A stretch of 64,000 nt of DNA from Acanthaster planci (taxonomy: Eukaryota): contig NW_019091359.1 of NCBI RefSeq assembly GCF_001949145.1, forward strand, positions 2,952,861 through 3,016,860, in the 5' to 3' direction. Shown here piece after piece: positions 38,493-50,500 of this stretch. The notes under the pieces are model-generated. The model searched no databases and had not been told where the DNA came from. It worked only from the letters and a program-made list of their open reading frames with translations. The stretch's first letter is position 1. Every line of letters begins with the position of its first letter. The position numbers were made by a program, and so were the translations under genes.

Positions 38493-38979
38493 GTGAGTGT
38501 TACATTACAAGGATTTTTGGGACATCTGATGTTGGGTGCTGTCCTCTAGCAGGATAAGTTGTGCCTACTTCCTGCATGTTAACTCCCACTCAACCTTAAT
38601 TAGTTATTAGCTAACTATTAACCAATCCCCATGTACCACATGTTATCACCAGAGGCCTGTGGAGTTGTTTTTAGCAGATAGCAATAATCTCCTGCTTAAT
38701 AAATTCCCTCCCTGGGTATGTGTGCTTTTCCCACAGTTACATAATCATACTTGTGGGAGTATGCTATAAATGCACATGTGTATATTCATGTACGATGTAC
38801 ATGTGCTTGCTTTGTACTAAGCTGTTTTCTGTTATGTCACAGACAAGCAATGTTCATGTACATGTAAATGCATACCAGCATTTGGGATGAAAAACCCTAA
38901 CCTGTTATGTGGGAAATGCTAGTGTGTGACCCTTGCAACAAATAAGTGTAATTTTAATAAATCGCATGTAAAATAGACC

Positions 38980-39022
38980 ATATCATACTATAATCCCCAT
39001 GATGGGGATTATAGTATGATAT
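38980..39022. repeat. Perfect 43-bp palindrome
   Basis: ATATCATACTATAATCCCCAT-G-ATGGGGATTATAGTATGATAT, 21-bp arms with no mismatch. Confidence 0.95.
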
Positions 39023-39933
39023 ATGTACGTCCTGCAGTCCCTTCAAGGTTGACAAAAAATAATGTTAATCTCCATCAATTTGATACATGTACATGTAATT
39101 CCAGTTTATGTTCCGTTGTACAGACATGGCAGCTACTGGTATTTGTTCAGTTACAGTCTTGGAAGGGTTGTAATCTTTTTGACAGATTTAGATTTTGTAG
39201 TTTCTTATTTTCAAACTGAAGGTACATGTAGATGTACTATTACTAGGGTAGGAAATGTATGCATCCTTGCGTCGACTTAATTAAGGTTTAAGAATTTGAA
39301 AATTTCAAATATTATCTGATTGTGAATGCTGTGAATACTGATATGTATGCAAGTCCTGCGGAGATTGGTTGACTTGATTTGTTGTCTTTTTACTCATTAA
39401 TTACTGGCAGTGGCATGGCAGATGGTGTAGGGCATAGGGATCTGTACCATCATGCTCACAATCTGCGTTACTTCAATACTTGTTTTGTCAAAAAGATTCC
39501 TGGCTTTCAAGGCAATGGTGTGGTCTTACAACATCTTTTACTTCCTTCAAAAGGCACTCTGTTCTGAATCGTAGACGCCCTTTTAGACTTTAATTGCATT
39601 CCCCACAGCTTTTGTAGCAGGGGAACTTCATTGTGAAATAACTGCTCTCTTTTGTGGGGCTGCTGCCTACCCATGCTGGGCTAGGCATCTTATGAGATTG
39701 CCTTGCATAATAAAGCTGCAGAGCAAACACAAGAGGCCTGCACGGACTATGCACAGACTATTTGCATGTTATAGGATGCAGTCATTTATATTCACAAGGT
39801 AGATTGTGCTTGTGTAGATATGGTGCTGTGTACAGTGCACCATGCATGGTTTGTCCAGTCTTGGACAACCCAAGCCAACAATGCACCTGTTATGTAACAG
39901 GGCTGACAGTTTGGCATCATGCAATGCACCATT

Positions 39934-39980
39934 GACCAATCACAGGCTGAGGAATTCCTTGTTCCTGGGCGGAACCACAG
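39934..39980 (+). promoter_or_regulatory. Possible promoter module (CCAAT box plus GC box)
   Basis: GACCAATCA at 39934-39942, GGGCGG at 39967-39972, downstream donor-like TTT|GTAAGT at 40204. Motif match only. Confidence 0.25.
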
Positions 39981-42641
39981 CAATTCCAAGCTGGTTGAAG
40001 TGTATGTGGTCAGTTGGTTTCCTGCTGCTGAGGGTGATGGGCTTGTGGTTGTTGCTTTTCCTGTTCAAAAAGCTGGCTTGTATAGGAGGTGTATATTTCC
40101 ATTACCACTGTATACCTGCCCCTAGTGTATAGAACACGTAGGCATTGTAACTCAACCGTACAGCACTATGCCGGTACTTCCTGCTGTGAAGCTGTCTGCA
40201 TTTGTAAGTACTGAACCGGAATATTCTTTGTTTTACATGTATTTGCCAAGTGTTGATCTTGTTAGAATTCTAGAGATTACTCAGGACTAGAATTTGGATT
40301 TTTGGTTAAATTGTACTGCAACTGGTAATCTTGACACTAAGTTTTATACCTCTGCTTTGGTCTTCCTGTTTTAAACCAAGTTTAGAGATAGTAGTATACA
40401 ATATGTACGTGTAAATGCTTGTGCATGTGTTGTCTCAGAGGGCAATGTTTGCCTGTTGTCACAAGCTCTTCCAAATGATTATAAGTGTTTGCCAACTAAA
40501 TTTGAAGAAATTTTTTTTCAAAATTGTGGTGTTAATTTGTTCTACATCTTCGATTTTATTATGTCTAACTTGCATCTTTTCCTAGATCCTCATGAGAGAC
40601 TTGTTAGTACTAGGATGGTTACATGTTAGTGAGATTGGATTGTGGTTTACCTTTTCTTTGTTGCGCTGGTGCCATGTGAATTTGCATAATGACCAGACAT
40701 TCCTCTAGTTGGTGGCCGAGGCAGGCCACAGCTGTACAGTTGTGGAGAACGGATATAGTGTTAGCAACTGACATTTGCAGGTCTCATGTGGTTGTACATG
40801 GACTTGTATATATGTCTGGGTTCGGTCTCTTCATATCCCAGCTACATGTACTTAATGTATAAATATCTCGCAAACTAAAATGATACAATTCAAGAAGTTT
40901 CTGCTGTTTGGACGTAAATCATATTTTGCGAGTTTAAGGTAGACCGTTGGCTGTGATGTTGATAAGGCCATAGAATCCTTTGATAAAAATGGCCGTTTTT
41001 GCCATATATCCAGTGTCTGAAAGTTCAAGTTTTCTTAGTCCCAACAAATCATTTGGCGTGAATGATGTAAAACAACTTATCTTGTTTGTATTCTTTACAT
41101 ATTCTGTTAACAATTATTTGTACATATTCTACAAATCACACATCACTTATGTCAAGTTTTGGTAACTTGGTATTGTGATGAAACCATTCAATTAACAGGA
41201 AAGTCCTAATTGATACTAAGGCTCACATATATCCCTGACTCTGCACTGTATAGGCGGAAACTTACTCATCCCTGAAATCTAAACACCATGTTGTAAAAAT
41301 GGCAAATAAACAGTTGGACTCCTAATTTGTTGTAGGTCCATGTATACCTAATCCCACTCAAAATACTTGCCTAGCACAGTACTCCTTCTTATACTTTTTT
41401 ATAGATTCTGGCAAACCCTAGTTAAGAGTTCTGCTGGTTGGAGATTAGAGTTAATCAAACTCTAATCTTTAACACACTTCATGTCAGATCTGTGGTTGAA
41501 ATTTGGTCAGGACAAATTTCTGGACACATTAAAAGTCAAGTTTATTCTTCACACTCTAGTAATGTATGGTTTATGCTTGACTGAACACAGAATGATGAAC
41601 CTTCAAAGAGGCCTTGAGATAAACAGTAGGGGTACCCATTCTACTGTACTGAGTAACAGTAAATCCATCTATGAAATAGCCAACTTGCGAAAAACCTGTG
41701 CCCTTAATTAATGGGCCTCTTTTGGTTAATTAAAATCATAATCTGTAATGAGTTACATGATAAAGGTGCTATATCCTGTCTTTGTTTTAATGCCCGGAAT
41801 TCACACTTCAACAGGTGTGCCCAGTCCTTGGGAATTCCAAAGCTGTGCATTATGTAATACTTAGAGGGTTATAGGAAGGAATGTAGTGTCAAATGTCTGG
41901 GAACCTTTTGTCCTTGGAATCTGCTCCTCACTGCTCATGCTCAAGTTTCCTCCATTGCACATGGGTACAATCCCAATTCCCATGTGAATGCTGTGTAGTT
42001 AGTTCTCATTTTGGACCAATGGCTGTAATGCTTGCATTGTTTACTGAAACCTTTTCTCTGGTATGGAATAGTTGTGGTAGAGTTTTATTGCAGTTCCTCA
42101 TTAGAGGCATGTGGAAGTCTTTTCTCTTGAATTGATTCAATTAATCTGGTGAAGTTTAACCAAAAATTTGATGATTTGATTTGACTGAACGAAATGGCCG
42201 GTATGTGGCATTACGTGTACAATGTACCGGTACATGTACATGTAAGTGCACATCTCATCCTGCTGTACATTGCAGAAGCATGATAATAAGATACGGTCAG
42301 ACGTGGCAAGTGTAAACCATTTCAGGCGGTTCTCCCGGCATCGTTTCCTCTTAATGTTCCATGCCATTCAGTTAACTTTCATTCTGTCCAGGAAGGAAAT
42401 TTCAGATTAATCTGGTTTGCTTGATTCATCTGGCTGGATATAAAAAAAAAATTAACCCTTTAGGATCAATTTGAAATTGATGTCTGAAGAAATCGTCCCA
42501 ACAACTGGTAAAAATCTAACAGATTCTTACAGGTCACCTTGAGTGAAAAAATGTTAACCTACAATTGTGATTCAAAGTAGAGCAGGTAGAGCACTTGATA
42601 ACCTTTGAGTAAATTAATGAAACCCCTTTTGCTCGTCACAG

Positions 42642-44523
42642 GTGGTACATCAGCACCAGCCTCGCCTGCAAGGAAGCCAGCTATTGCCCCTAAACCCTCT
42701 TCACTCAAGAGCCCTCCTCTACCAACTAAGCAGAGTCATGGCCTCAACAAAACTCCTGTCCCAACCCCAAAGCCACGCAAGCTGCAGGCTACACACAGCT
42801 CACCGACACCAGTATCAGGGGGCACGGGGGGTCCCCCACCGGTTAAGACGAAGACGTTTCATAATGCAGGGGCAGGACACCGGGCAAACAGTGAAGACTC
42901 GGGCATCTTTGACTTGAGAGACAGTGCAGAACTGTCTAAAGCTGAGGTGAACATTGGCGAGGTCAAAGATTCCATTTTGGAAGAGCCCATCATAATGGAT
43001 GAGAGATTAGAAATTGTGTGCCGTGATGACATCCAGACGGTAAAAAGTGAGGATGCATCACCAGTGAATAGCTTGACATCCAGTCCAAAGCGCTCTCCAC
43101 CCAAGCCACTTCCAAGAAGAGCCCCTCCTAGTCCTGTCCCGCCCCCTCGGCGAGCGAAGAGTGTGATTGATCCACCCAATCTTAACAGATCTTTGAAACC
43201 CAAATTAAACAAATCCACTGATGACCTGACAGCCTGTCAAGTTGAGGAAGAGATCGAAACTGAAGCTTCCGAAACAAATGATTCAGCCATTAGTTATTCA
43301 CCAGTCAAGTCATCCGAGTCAAAGGCTGATAGAACATGTCCAAATGTAGAGAATGACAGGTTCAAAGAGAATGTCACCCCTCCTCCTGTACCACCTCACA
43401 AACAAAACAGCCCTTCAAGAACACCTCCAATTAATCAGAAGTCCTCCAAACCAGCTCGGCCTCCTCCCCCATCCAAAGCCATTCCAGTTGCCCCTCCCGT
43501 AAGACCCAAGCCCATCTCCAAGAAGATTGAAACTCCAGAGTTCTCAAGGCATCCCAGTGTAGATGGTCCTGGGGTGGATGGCTCCTGTGAAGCTTCCCCG
43601 AAGATTCCACCTAGAACACGGCGCAGTTTGGTGACAGACGACAAGCTCCTCCCAAATCAGACTGACAAAATCTTCTTTCCAGAGAACGGCCTGAATGGGG
43701 AGGCTGAACCTCTGCCAGACGTAACCTCTGGCAGCAGCGGCAGTGAAAAGTTAATCAAGATTCCTCCTAGGAAGAGATGGTCCCAACATGCTAACAGCAG
43801 CCTGACTGCTATGCCTTACCACAAAGTGCAATCCCCTGACCCTGCTTCCCCCAAGTCTCCTGAAGTCACAATCCATCCATCAGGGATTGTTGGGTATCAC
43901 TCTGTCGCTCCACCTCGGCCAGTTGAGGGTCCCCCTAAGCGTCTGGCACCAGTGCCGCCCTCGCCATACAGCAGCACTGCAAAACAATCACGACCCATTC
44001 CAGATGATTCTCAGAAACGAGTTCCACCACCCAGACCTCCACCATTGCGTAGTGCCTTACCCCCCAAGCCAGCTACACTCATCAAATGCATCTCACAGGA
44101 GCAAGACACTGACGACGTAACTGATTTTTTAACCGCTCAAGACTCATCGCTGCCCCCAGAGAATCCCAGCAGCACAATGCAGTCAGATAAGAATGCCGAT
44201 AGGCAAAGCGTCGTCAGTGACGATGATGAATACGTGCTCCCCGATGGTGAGTACGTCTTCCCAGATGGCCCGCACTATGAGAACAATGAAGTTGTCCCCG
44301 TCTTTGAACCCCTCATGTCCCCACCCCTGTCTCCATCGCCAGAATCTGGTCCCACCAAGAGACTTGTACCTGGCAGGCAGAAGCGTGTACCTCCTCCCAA
44401 GCCGAAGAGGACGCCTAGCATCCAGTCTGATATCTCAAATGATGGCTATGAGGACATGTCCAGAGGTTCCTTTGCTTCCGTTGCTCTGAGTTCTATCAGT
44501 GCTGAAGTGTATTCTGTACCCAG
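42642..44523 (+). CDS. FGD6: FGD6-like giant exon (1882 nt), Pro/Ser-rich disordered N-terminal region
   Basis: Lies within the 649-aa ORF 42605..44554. Acceptor ttttgctcgtcacAG|GT (phase 1), donor CCAG|GTATGT (phase 2) joins in frame to 46271. Early KPAIAPKP resembles the FGD6 N-terminal KPPVAPKP motif. Confidence 0.88.
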
Positions 44524-47500
44524 GTATGTCACATTAAAAATTCTGACCTGTTGAACTGTACATTTTTTCTCAAAACCTGTGGGGAAAAATTCAGAATTGG
44601 TCTTTTAAGTAACTTGGTAAGGAGACGGAAGTCATATTTTTTAACTTATCTGAAATATTTTTAAAACTTGAAATTGAAAAATAAATTCAATTAAGGATAC
44701 TTTCTTGGTACTTTAATGTACAGCTGACAGTTTTCATGACTTCAAATTATTCCAAGGTAACTCCTGTATTTGTTAATTCTAAGCAGTGTAAGTTGACATC
44801 CTAAATTTATCCTGGGATTTGTAGAGCCATTGAGAGAATAACTGTCAGTATAGCTAAGCACAAAAAGCTGGAGAGGGGCTGTTTGCTCACACATCATTCT
44901 CATTATAATACCAGGGCCTTGGAGTCTGCCTACATGCTTTCAGCATGGGCTGATGTTATGTAACATTATGTAATATACTCTGAAGGACTGGTGGGTTTGC
45001 AATTCACTTGAAATCCTGAAAGGTTATCTGACCACCATTCTCTAAGGACCTCCTGCTAAGCTGGGAATGTAGACTCCATTTTGGGGTGTGGTGTGAAGTC
45101 CCAATTTATTTCAGAATAGCTCATGTCTTTGAAAGAGATGGTTGTTTTCTTGCTCAATGGTTGATCAAAGAAATAAGTTGTCACATTGAATTATGATTTT
45201 ACAGTCAGCAAAAAATGAAAGTTCCCTGCTTGTCAACAAAAGGCACTTGTAGCATTCCAATGTGAACATGAAAACAAAGTGTTAACCACCTCCAAGTCTG
45301 CATTTATCTGGAATGAACATTTTTGTCTCCTCCAACATCCTGCATAAAAATTTAAATGAACGACAACCTTTAGCCAACAATATCCCTATTGTTGACCTAT
45401 GCAAGAATCGACTTGTGTATAGAGCAAAGAAGTCATAAGCCTTTAGAAAATTGGACTGGGACTATTGAAATAGGCTTCTGGCAGTACACTTTGAACTTCT
45501 CGATAATTAAGTAAACAATTTTTATTGCATTTGTTAAAACCTTTGCATTTCGGGGTGTACATTGGTCCAGAATACATTATTTTGAGTTCTTCCAGTGTAT
45601 ATTAAAGCAAGGCTAGTATGTTTGATATCAGCTTGTTGCCTTGCACATGCAACTTTTTCCCTTGAAATCCCGAGGTGTAGGCATGAAGGCAACAAGGTTG
45701 ATATAACCAGCTTTCTCTTGTTGGTTTATATGATTGAGAAACAAGATGTCAAAACGGCAGTCTACTTTCTTTGTAGCCTTACCAGAGTACGTGAGTTAAG
45801 GCCACTTTCCAATAGTTGAGCATTTGTAGTCAAAACAAAAGGCTTGTGTGTGCTAAATGTTGGCCATTGGGTCAGATTACATTGTATGTTTGCTGGTTGG
45901 AATAGCGTAAAATTTCCCTTTGCAATAACGGTGCTCAACCTAGTTGTGATGACAATTGTTTAAGTTTCTATTTCAGCCGACAGTATTGACAGAAAGCTTT
46001 TTTTGCCAGCAGTTTGCTGGCTTAAGGAAGTTTGCATGTTTTGAATTAATTTCCTCTTGAACTTGCTTTGGCATAAAAAAATAGGTAACGTGGCATGTGA
46101 ATGCAGTTGAAAGAAGTACCATATGGTACATTGTACATATTCATGTACATGTACAATGTAGATCTAGCTACATGTACATGGAAGTGACGAAAAATGTCCA
46201 GCTGAGATTGTATCCTAGGTAATGTGAGCATTCAACATATTGGATTGACCGACATGAATTTGTCTTTTAGGTCTTGTGAGCATAGTATGCATGAAAGTGG
46301 CCGCTGTCAGTGTGCTGATTATGCCGAACAGAGCAGTGGTGAAGACGAGGGTTCATCAGATGATGACGAGGACAGCTATGAGAAGTTTGACCAGGGCGTC
46401 ATGGCGGAGAAAGAGGAAGATGTGGAGCCCGAGGTCCGAAAGCGCCGCAAGGCATTCCTAGTAGCTCAAGAGCTGAGGGACTCGGAGAAAGTATTTGTGG
46501 ATGTCCTCAGACTCATCAATGTGGTGAGTCAATATCCATGACTTAATTCTTAAAGGTAGTGAACAGCATTGGTTTTTTGTCGTAATTTCACAAGATTGGA
46601 TGATTATGGTGTACAATATTCACTGCAACTTGCATTTCACCGACTTGTTTCATGTTTGAGTCAAGTGCTTTGTGACAATCAAGAAAAACAGCACGGCAAT
46701 TTCAACGCATGTATCAAAGATCTTGTAATTCATCTTGTGTAAAATCTATGGATTACAGGGTGTTCGTAGTAAGCGAACAACACCCGTGGGGTAGGGTTGG
46801 GAAGCAGGCATGATAGGTTCTAATTCATGAAAAAAAAGACAAGTTTTCAACCGTTAACAGTAATCAGTGAATTTACCTTGGAGTAATGCGCCACCTGGAC
46901 AAAGTATCATTACTGATGCGTGAAAAAACTTCATCCAGGAATGCAGTCGACTCTAGTCCTTAACACTGAAATGAGAAGGCCCAAATGACAGTGCACGTAA
47001 AGTGTTTGCGTTACACTCGGGTTCCTATGATTTCAGTTAACAATGCTTTCAGTGAATTCTTGTCGGTGTATTTTTAGCTGCTTTTAGGTTTACCTGTTTG
47101 TAAAAGACTCTCACATCTGCAAACATTACACACGAGAAACTATAGAATGTGATGTGCGGAGTGAAATGAACTCTTTATATGATGGTCAGGCGACCATCAT
47201 AAAAAGTGAACAAAATTTCTGTCTTCTCAAACTACAGCATTCTGGGTGGAAATATTTTATGGGCTGCTTGAGGCTGTTATGTACTTTGAAGCAAAATATT
47301 TCAATCCAATATGGGGGATTTTACCAATGGTGTACACTACCTTTAAGAACTGAGCCAATATAACTTGACCCTCCTATGCTAAGATGCATTCTTGACACAG
47401 TTGTCACATCAGTCAAAATCAGTCACATTTCCCATACGTGTCTGTACTGGGAGAAATTAATTGGAAGGCATTTTTGACTGTTTTTGACGGTTAAAACAGA

Positions 47501-50500
47501 AGGAGGGTTAATTGCCAAACAAGTATTCAGCAACATTCAAGAAGAAAATGACAGATTGCTGGTTGCATACATGGTGCATGGCTCAATGTTTAGGTCAGTA
47601 ATCCCTTTTGTCTACAAATATTTCCTGCGTGAAGCTACCGGTAGCGGCCTCACTTCCAGCCTCGTGAACTTGGCGCTTGATTTTCATGTACCTTTTGACA
47701 AAACAATTGGGTCTTGATAGTCAACTTGAGATTCCTATATCATGATCAGTCACCTTGTCATAGTCATGTTTTGTATCAGAGCACTTGAGCATGATTACTT
47801 AGCCATACCATGGGACTTAATGTACTTTGCTCCAACTAAGTGGCCTCAGTGAAACTTTCAACGTGTGGCTACTGACTCCATGCCAGGAAAGTACCTGATT
47901 GGTCAAATCCACTGCAGTAAAAGTCAATTTTAGATTTTAGTTTGTACATTAGTATCCTTTAAATTGAGGGATGTTTTTTCTTGGCAAAATTGAGATGGTC
48001 ATCGATTTGAGATATGCAGATTTCCAGAAGTCCTAGTGGTTTGTCTGAGCAAGTTGCATGTACAGTCAGGTGTAATTACGAAAACCGTTTCTTTTTCTTT
48101 ATTCTCCCACGAAAGTGCTGAAATATATTTAACATGAATTGTTACGTAGAATCCTTCCACAGTTAATGAGATTTTTGGTCTTAATTCTGTAGGATTTTAA
48201 GGTGGCCATTGAGGATGCTGAGAGGTCAGCTGGTCGGCCAATCATTGAGAAAGGACTGCTTGATCAGATCCTAGGTCATCTACCGCAGCTTCAGATGTTC
48301 AACGAGGACTTACTTGCTGATTTAGACTCGAGAGTCAGTAACTGGTAAGACAGGAGAAAGTTTACCCACATGAAAGTAACCACCACTCTACTGCCAGAGG
48401 TTTTACAGGATGTATTTGGGACTTCTTATAGAAAAAAAGCCAAGTGTTAAAATAAAAAATGTGTCCTTTTTAAGAATATTCACTGAAATACTTGTTATTC
48501 CCATTGTAGGTGTTGGGTTGCCATTTTAAAGATGCAGCAGTTTGAAAAATGCATTACGTACAAGAAGCTGACCCATAAGTCTCATGTAAGGAGTCAGATT
48601 ACATGTCAATCATTTGATTTTGGTTCCAAAGGGCAGAGAACCCTCGAATAGCTGACATTTTCCTGAAGAAAGGCCCGTACCTCAAGCTGTACAACACCTA
48701 CATCAGAGACTTTCAGAAATTGACAGCTACCGTGGAGGAAGCCTGTCAGAAATCGCCCTTGTTCAATGCTACACTTAGAGAATTTGAGGTAAGGTTTGGA
48801 TGCTGTCAATGTTAAGTTTGCATGAATTGTCCGGTCGGTTCCTGGTTGGTCTTTCTCTATTCATTTCTGATCATCCAACAGCGCATTTAGCGCCAATTAT
48901 AGGATGAAGAGCGAGGAAGATAATGAAGAAATGTTCAGTTTTAGAGATGGGAGGAAAACCCGGGATAAATGTTTCGGGGAAACCCATGGACCCAGGTAGG
49001 AACTGAAAACCTAATCCACATGTGGACCCAGTCAGATTTAACCAAGGCCCGCAGAGGTGGAAGGTGAAGAAAGAAACACTATGACAGCCTTGACTTTTTG
49101 AGGAAGGATTGTGTGATATAATGGCTCTGGTGTGATTTGGTGATGGCACAGAAATCAAAACATGCTTGTGTATTCATTCGTGTGACTCGACTCGAGTAAA
49201 AGGTTTGCCCTTGTCTTGGAGTAGTTATTGACATCCTTGGTCTTGAATAGTTAATTTCATGTTTTGAGGAGGCAATGTTTTGCGAGTGGTTAGGGTTAAA
49301 GAGAATTTAGCTTAACCCATGCTTTCACTGGTAGTGCAGCTTTCTATATAGATTAAGGGTTGTTAACTTGTTAAAATCATCAACTTGTGTGCAGCTTGGA
49401 ACAGTGTCTTGCAGTTTTTGAGATGCAGTCGGTGCTTATGAGATTTTGCCAAGACCAGTTATGATGACAAAAACTTTTCCTATTTTTGTCCAGGCCAGTT
49501 CAAGATGTCAGAACCTGTCCCTGAGGCAACACATGTTGAAGCCAATTCAGAGAATTCCTCAGTACAAACTACTCTTAACTGGTAAGCACCTTTAACGGTT
49601 TGTTGCTATGCAAGATTTGACAGGGATACTTTTCTGTGAAACCTCTATCTGACTTATCTGACAAACATTTTACATGAGTGGTGAACAAACCAATTGGTAA
49701 AAGTTAACCCTAACTCCCTAGGGTGTGTGCAAAAATCATATTAGAATGTGGGGATTTCGGAATGTTGGGGTTAAATTAATGCGTAAAATGAGACAGTTGG
49801 ACCCTAACATCCAAGGTCACAAGAAACATCGCTGTCATTTCAAACATAATCATCTTTTGATTAGTATTTGGAACTAGACACGTTACAGTAAGGCTTAGAC
49901 ATTTTTCTATTATCAAACAGAATACTTAAAGCAATTGGATGAGGAAGCCCAAGAGGAAGATTTCAAAGATACTATGGGTGAGTGTAAGCTTCCTTAGTTA
50001 GTGCCAAGTACTTGGTTTGGTTGGTAAAAATAAGACTAAGCAATAGGATATCTTTGCCTTTTTGTTTCAATTATTTGCTGAGGAATTTATGCCCCACCAA
50101 ACCACTTTGCCTAAAGTGTAAATTACATGTGTGGGTGAAATAATGAAATTGTACATTTGGGATGTCAAGATGCTAATGAAGTTGACTTGTTGTTTCTTGG
50201 ACAGCTGCTCTGAATATCGTGAGCGAGGTGGCCAATCATGTTAATGAAAGCATGAAACAAGGGGTAAGCCAAGATCTTCTTACTTGAACTTCCATTTAGT
50301 AGAATTAAAGTTCTTTGCAATGCTAAGAACCTTGATTGTTTAATACCTTGTTGTCATACTGTTCCAATGCTATCTAATCCTGCTATAGAAGCCTTTACCC
50401 TACACAGAGGGTGGGGACAATTGAACCCCCCCCCACTGCTACTCCTAAACTGCTGCAAATGTTAACTTGTCCTTTAGTGACTATTTTTTCAAAGTGTTGC

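Noticed and set aside
42605..42641. ORF-track start of the 649-aa ORF as the true N-terminus
   Set aside because: The TTG start and MKPLLLVT overlap a pyrimidine tract and AG acceptor. The segment behaves as an internal exon, although use of the ATG at 42617 cannot be excluded.
44244..44252. Cryptic donor ATG|GTGAGT inside the giant exon
   Set aside because: Phase 1, while the next exon needs phase 2, so it would frameshift.
42859..44489. Overlapping antisense and alternative-frame ORFs within the giant exon
   Set aside because: Expected shadows of GC-rich, Pro-rich coding sequence.
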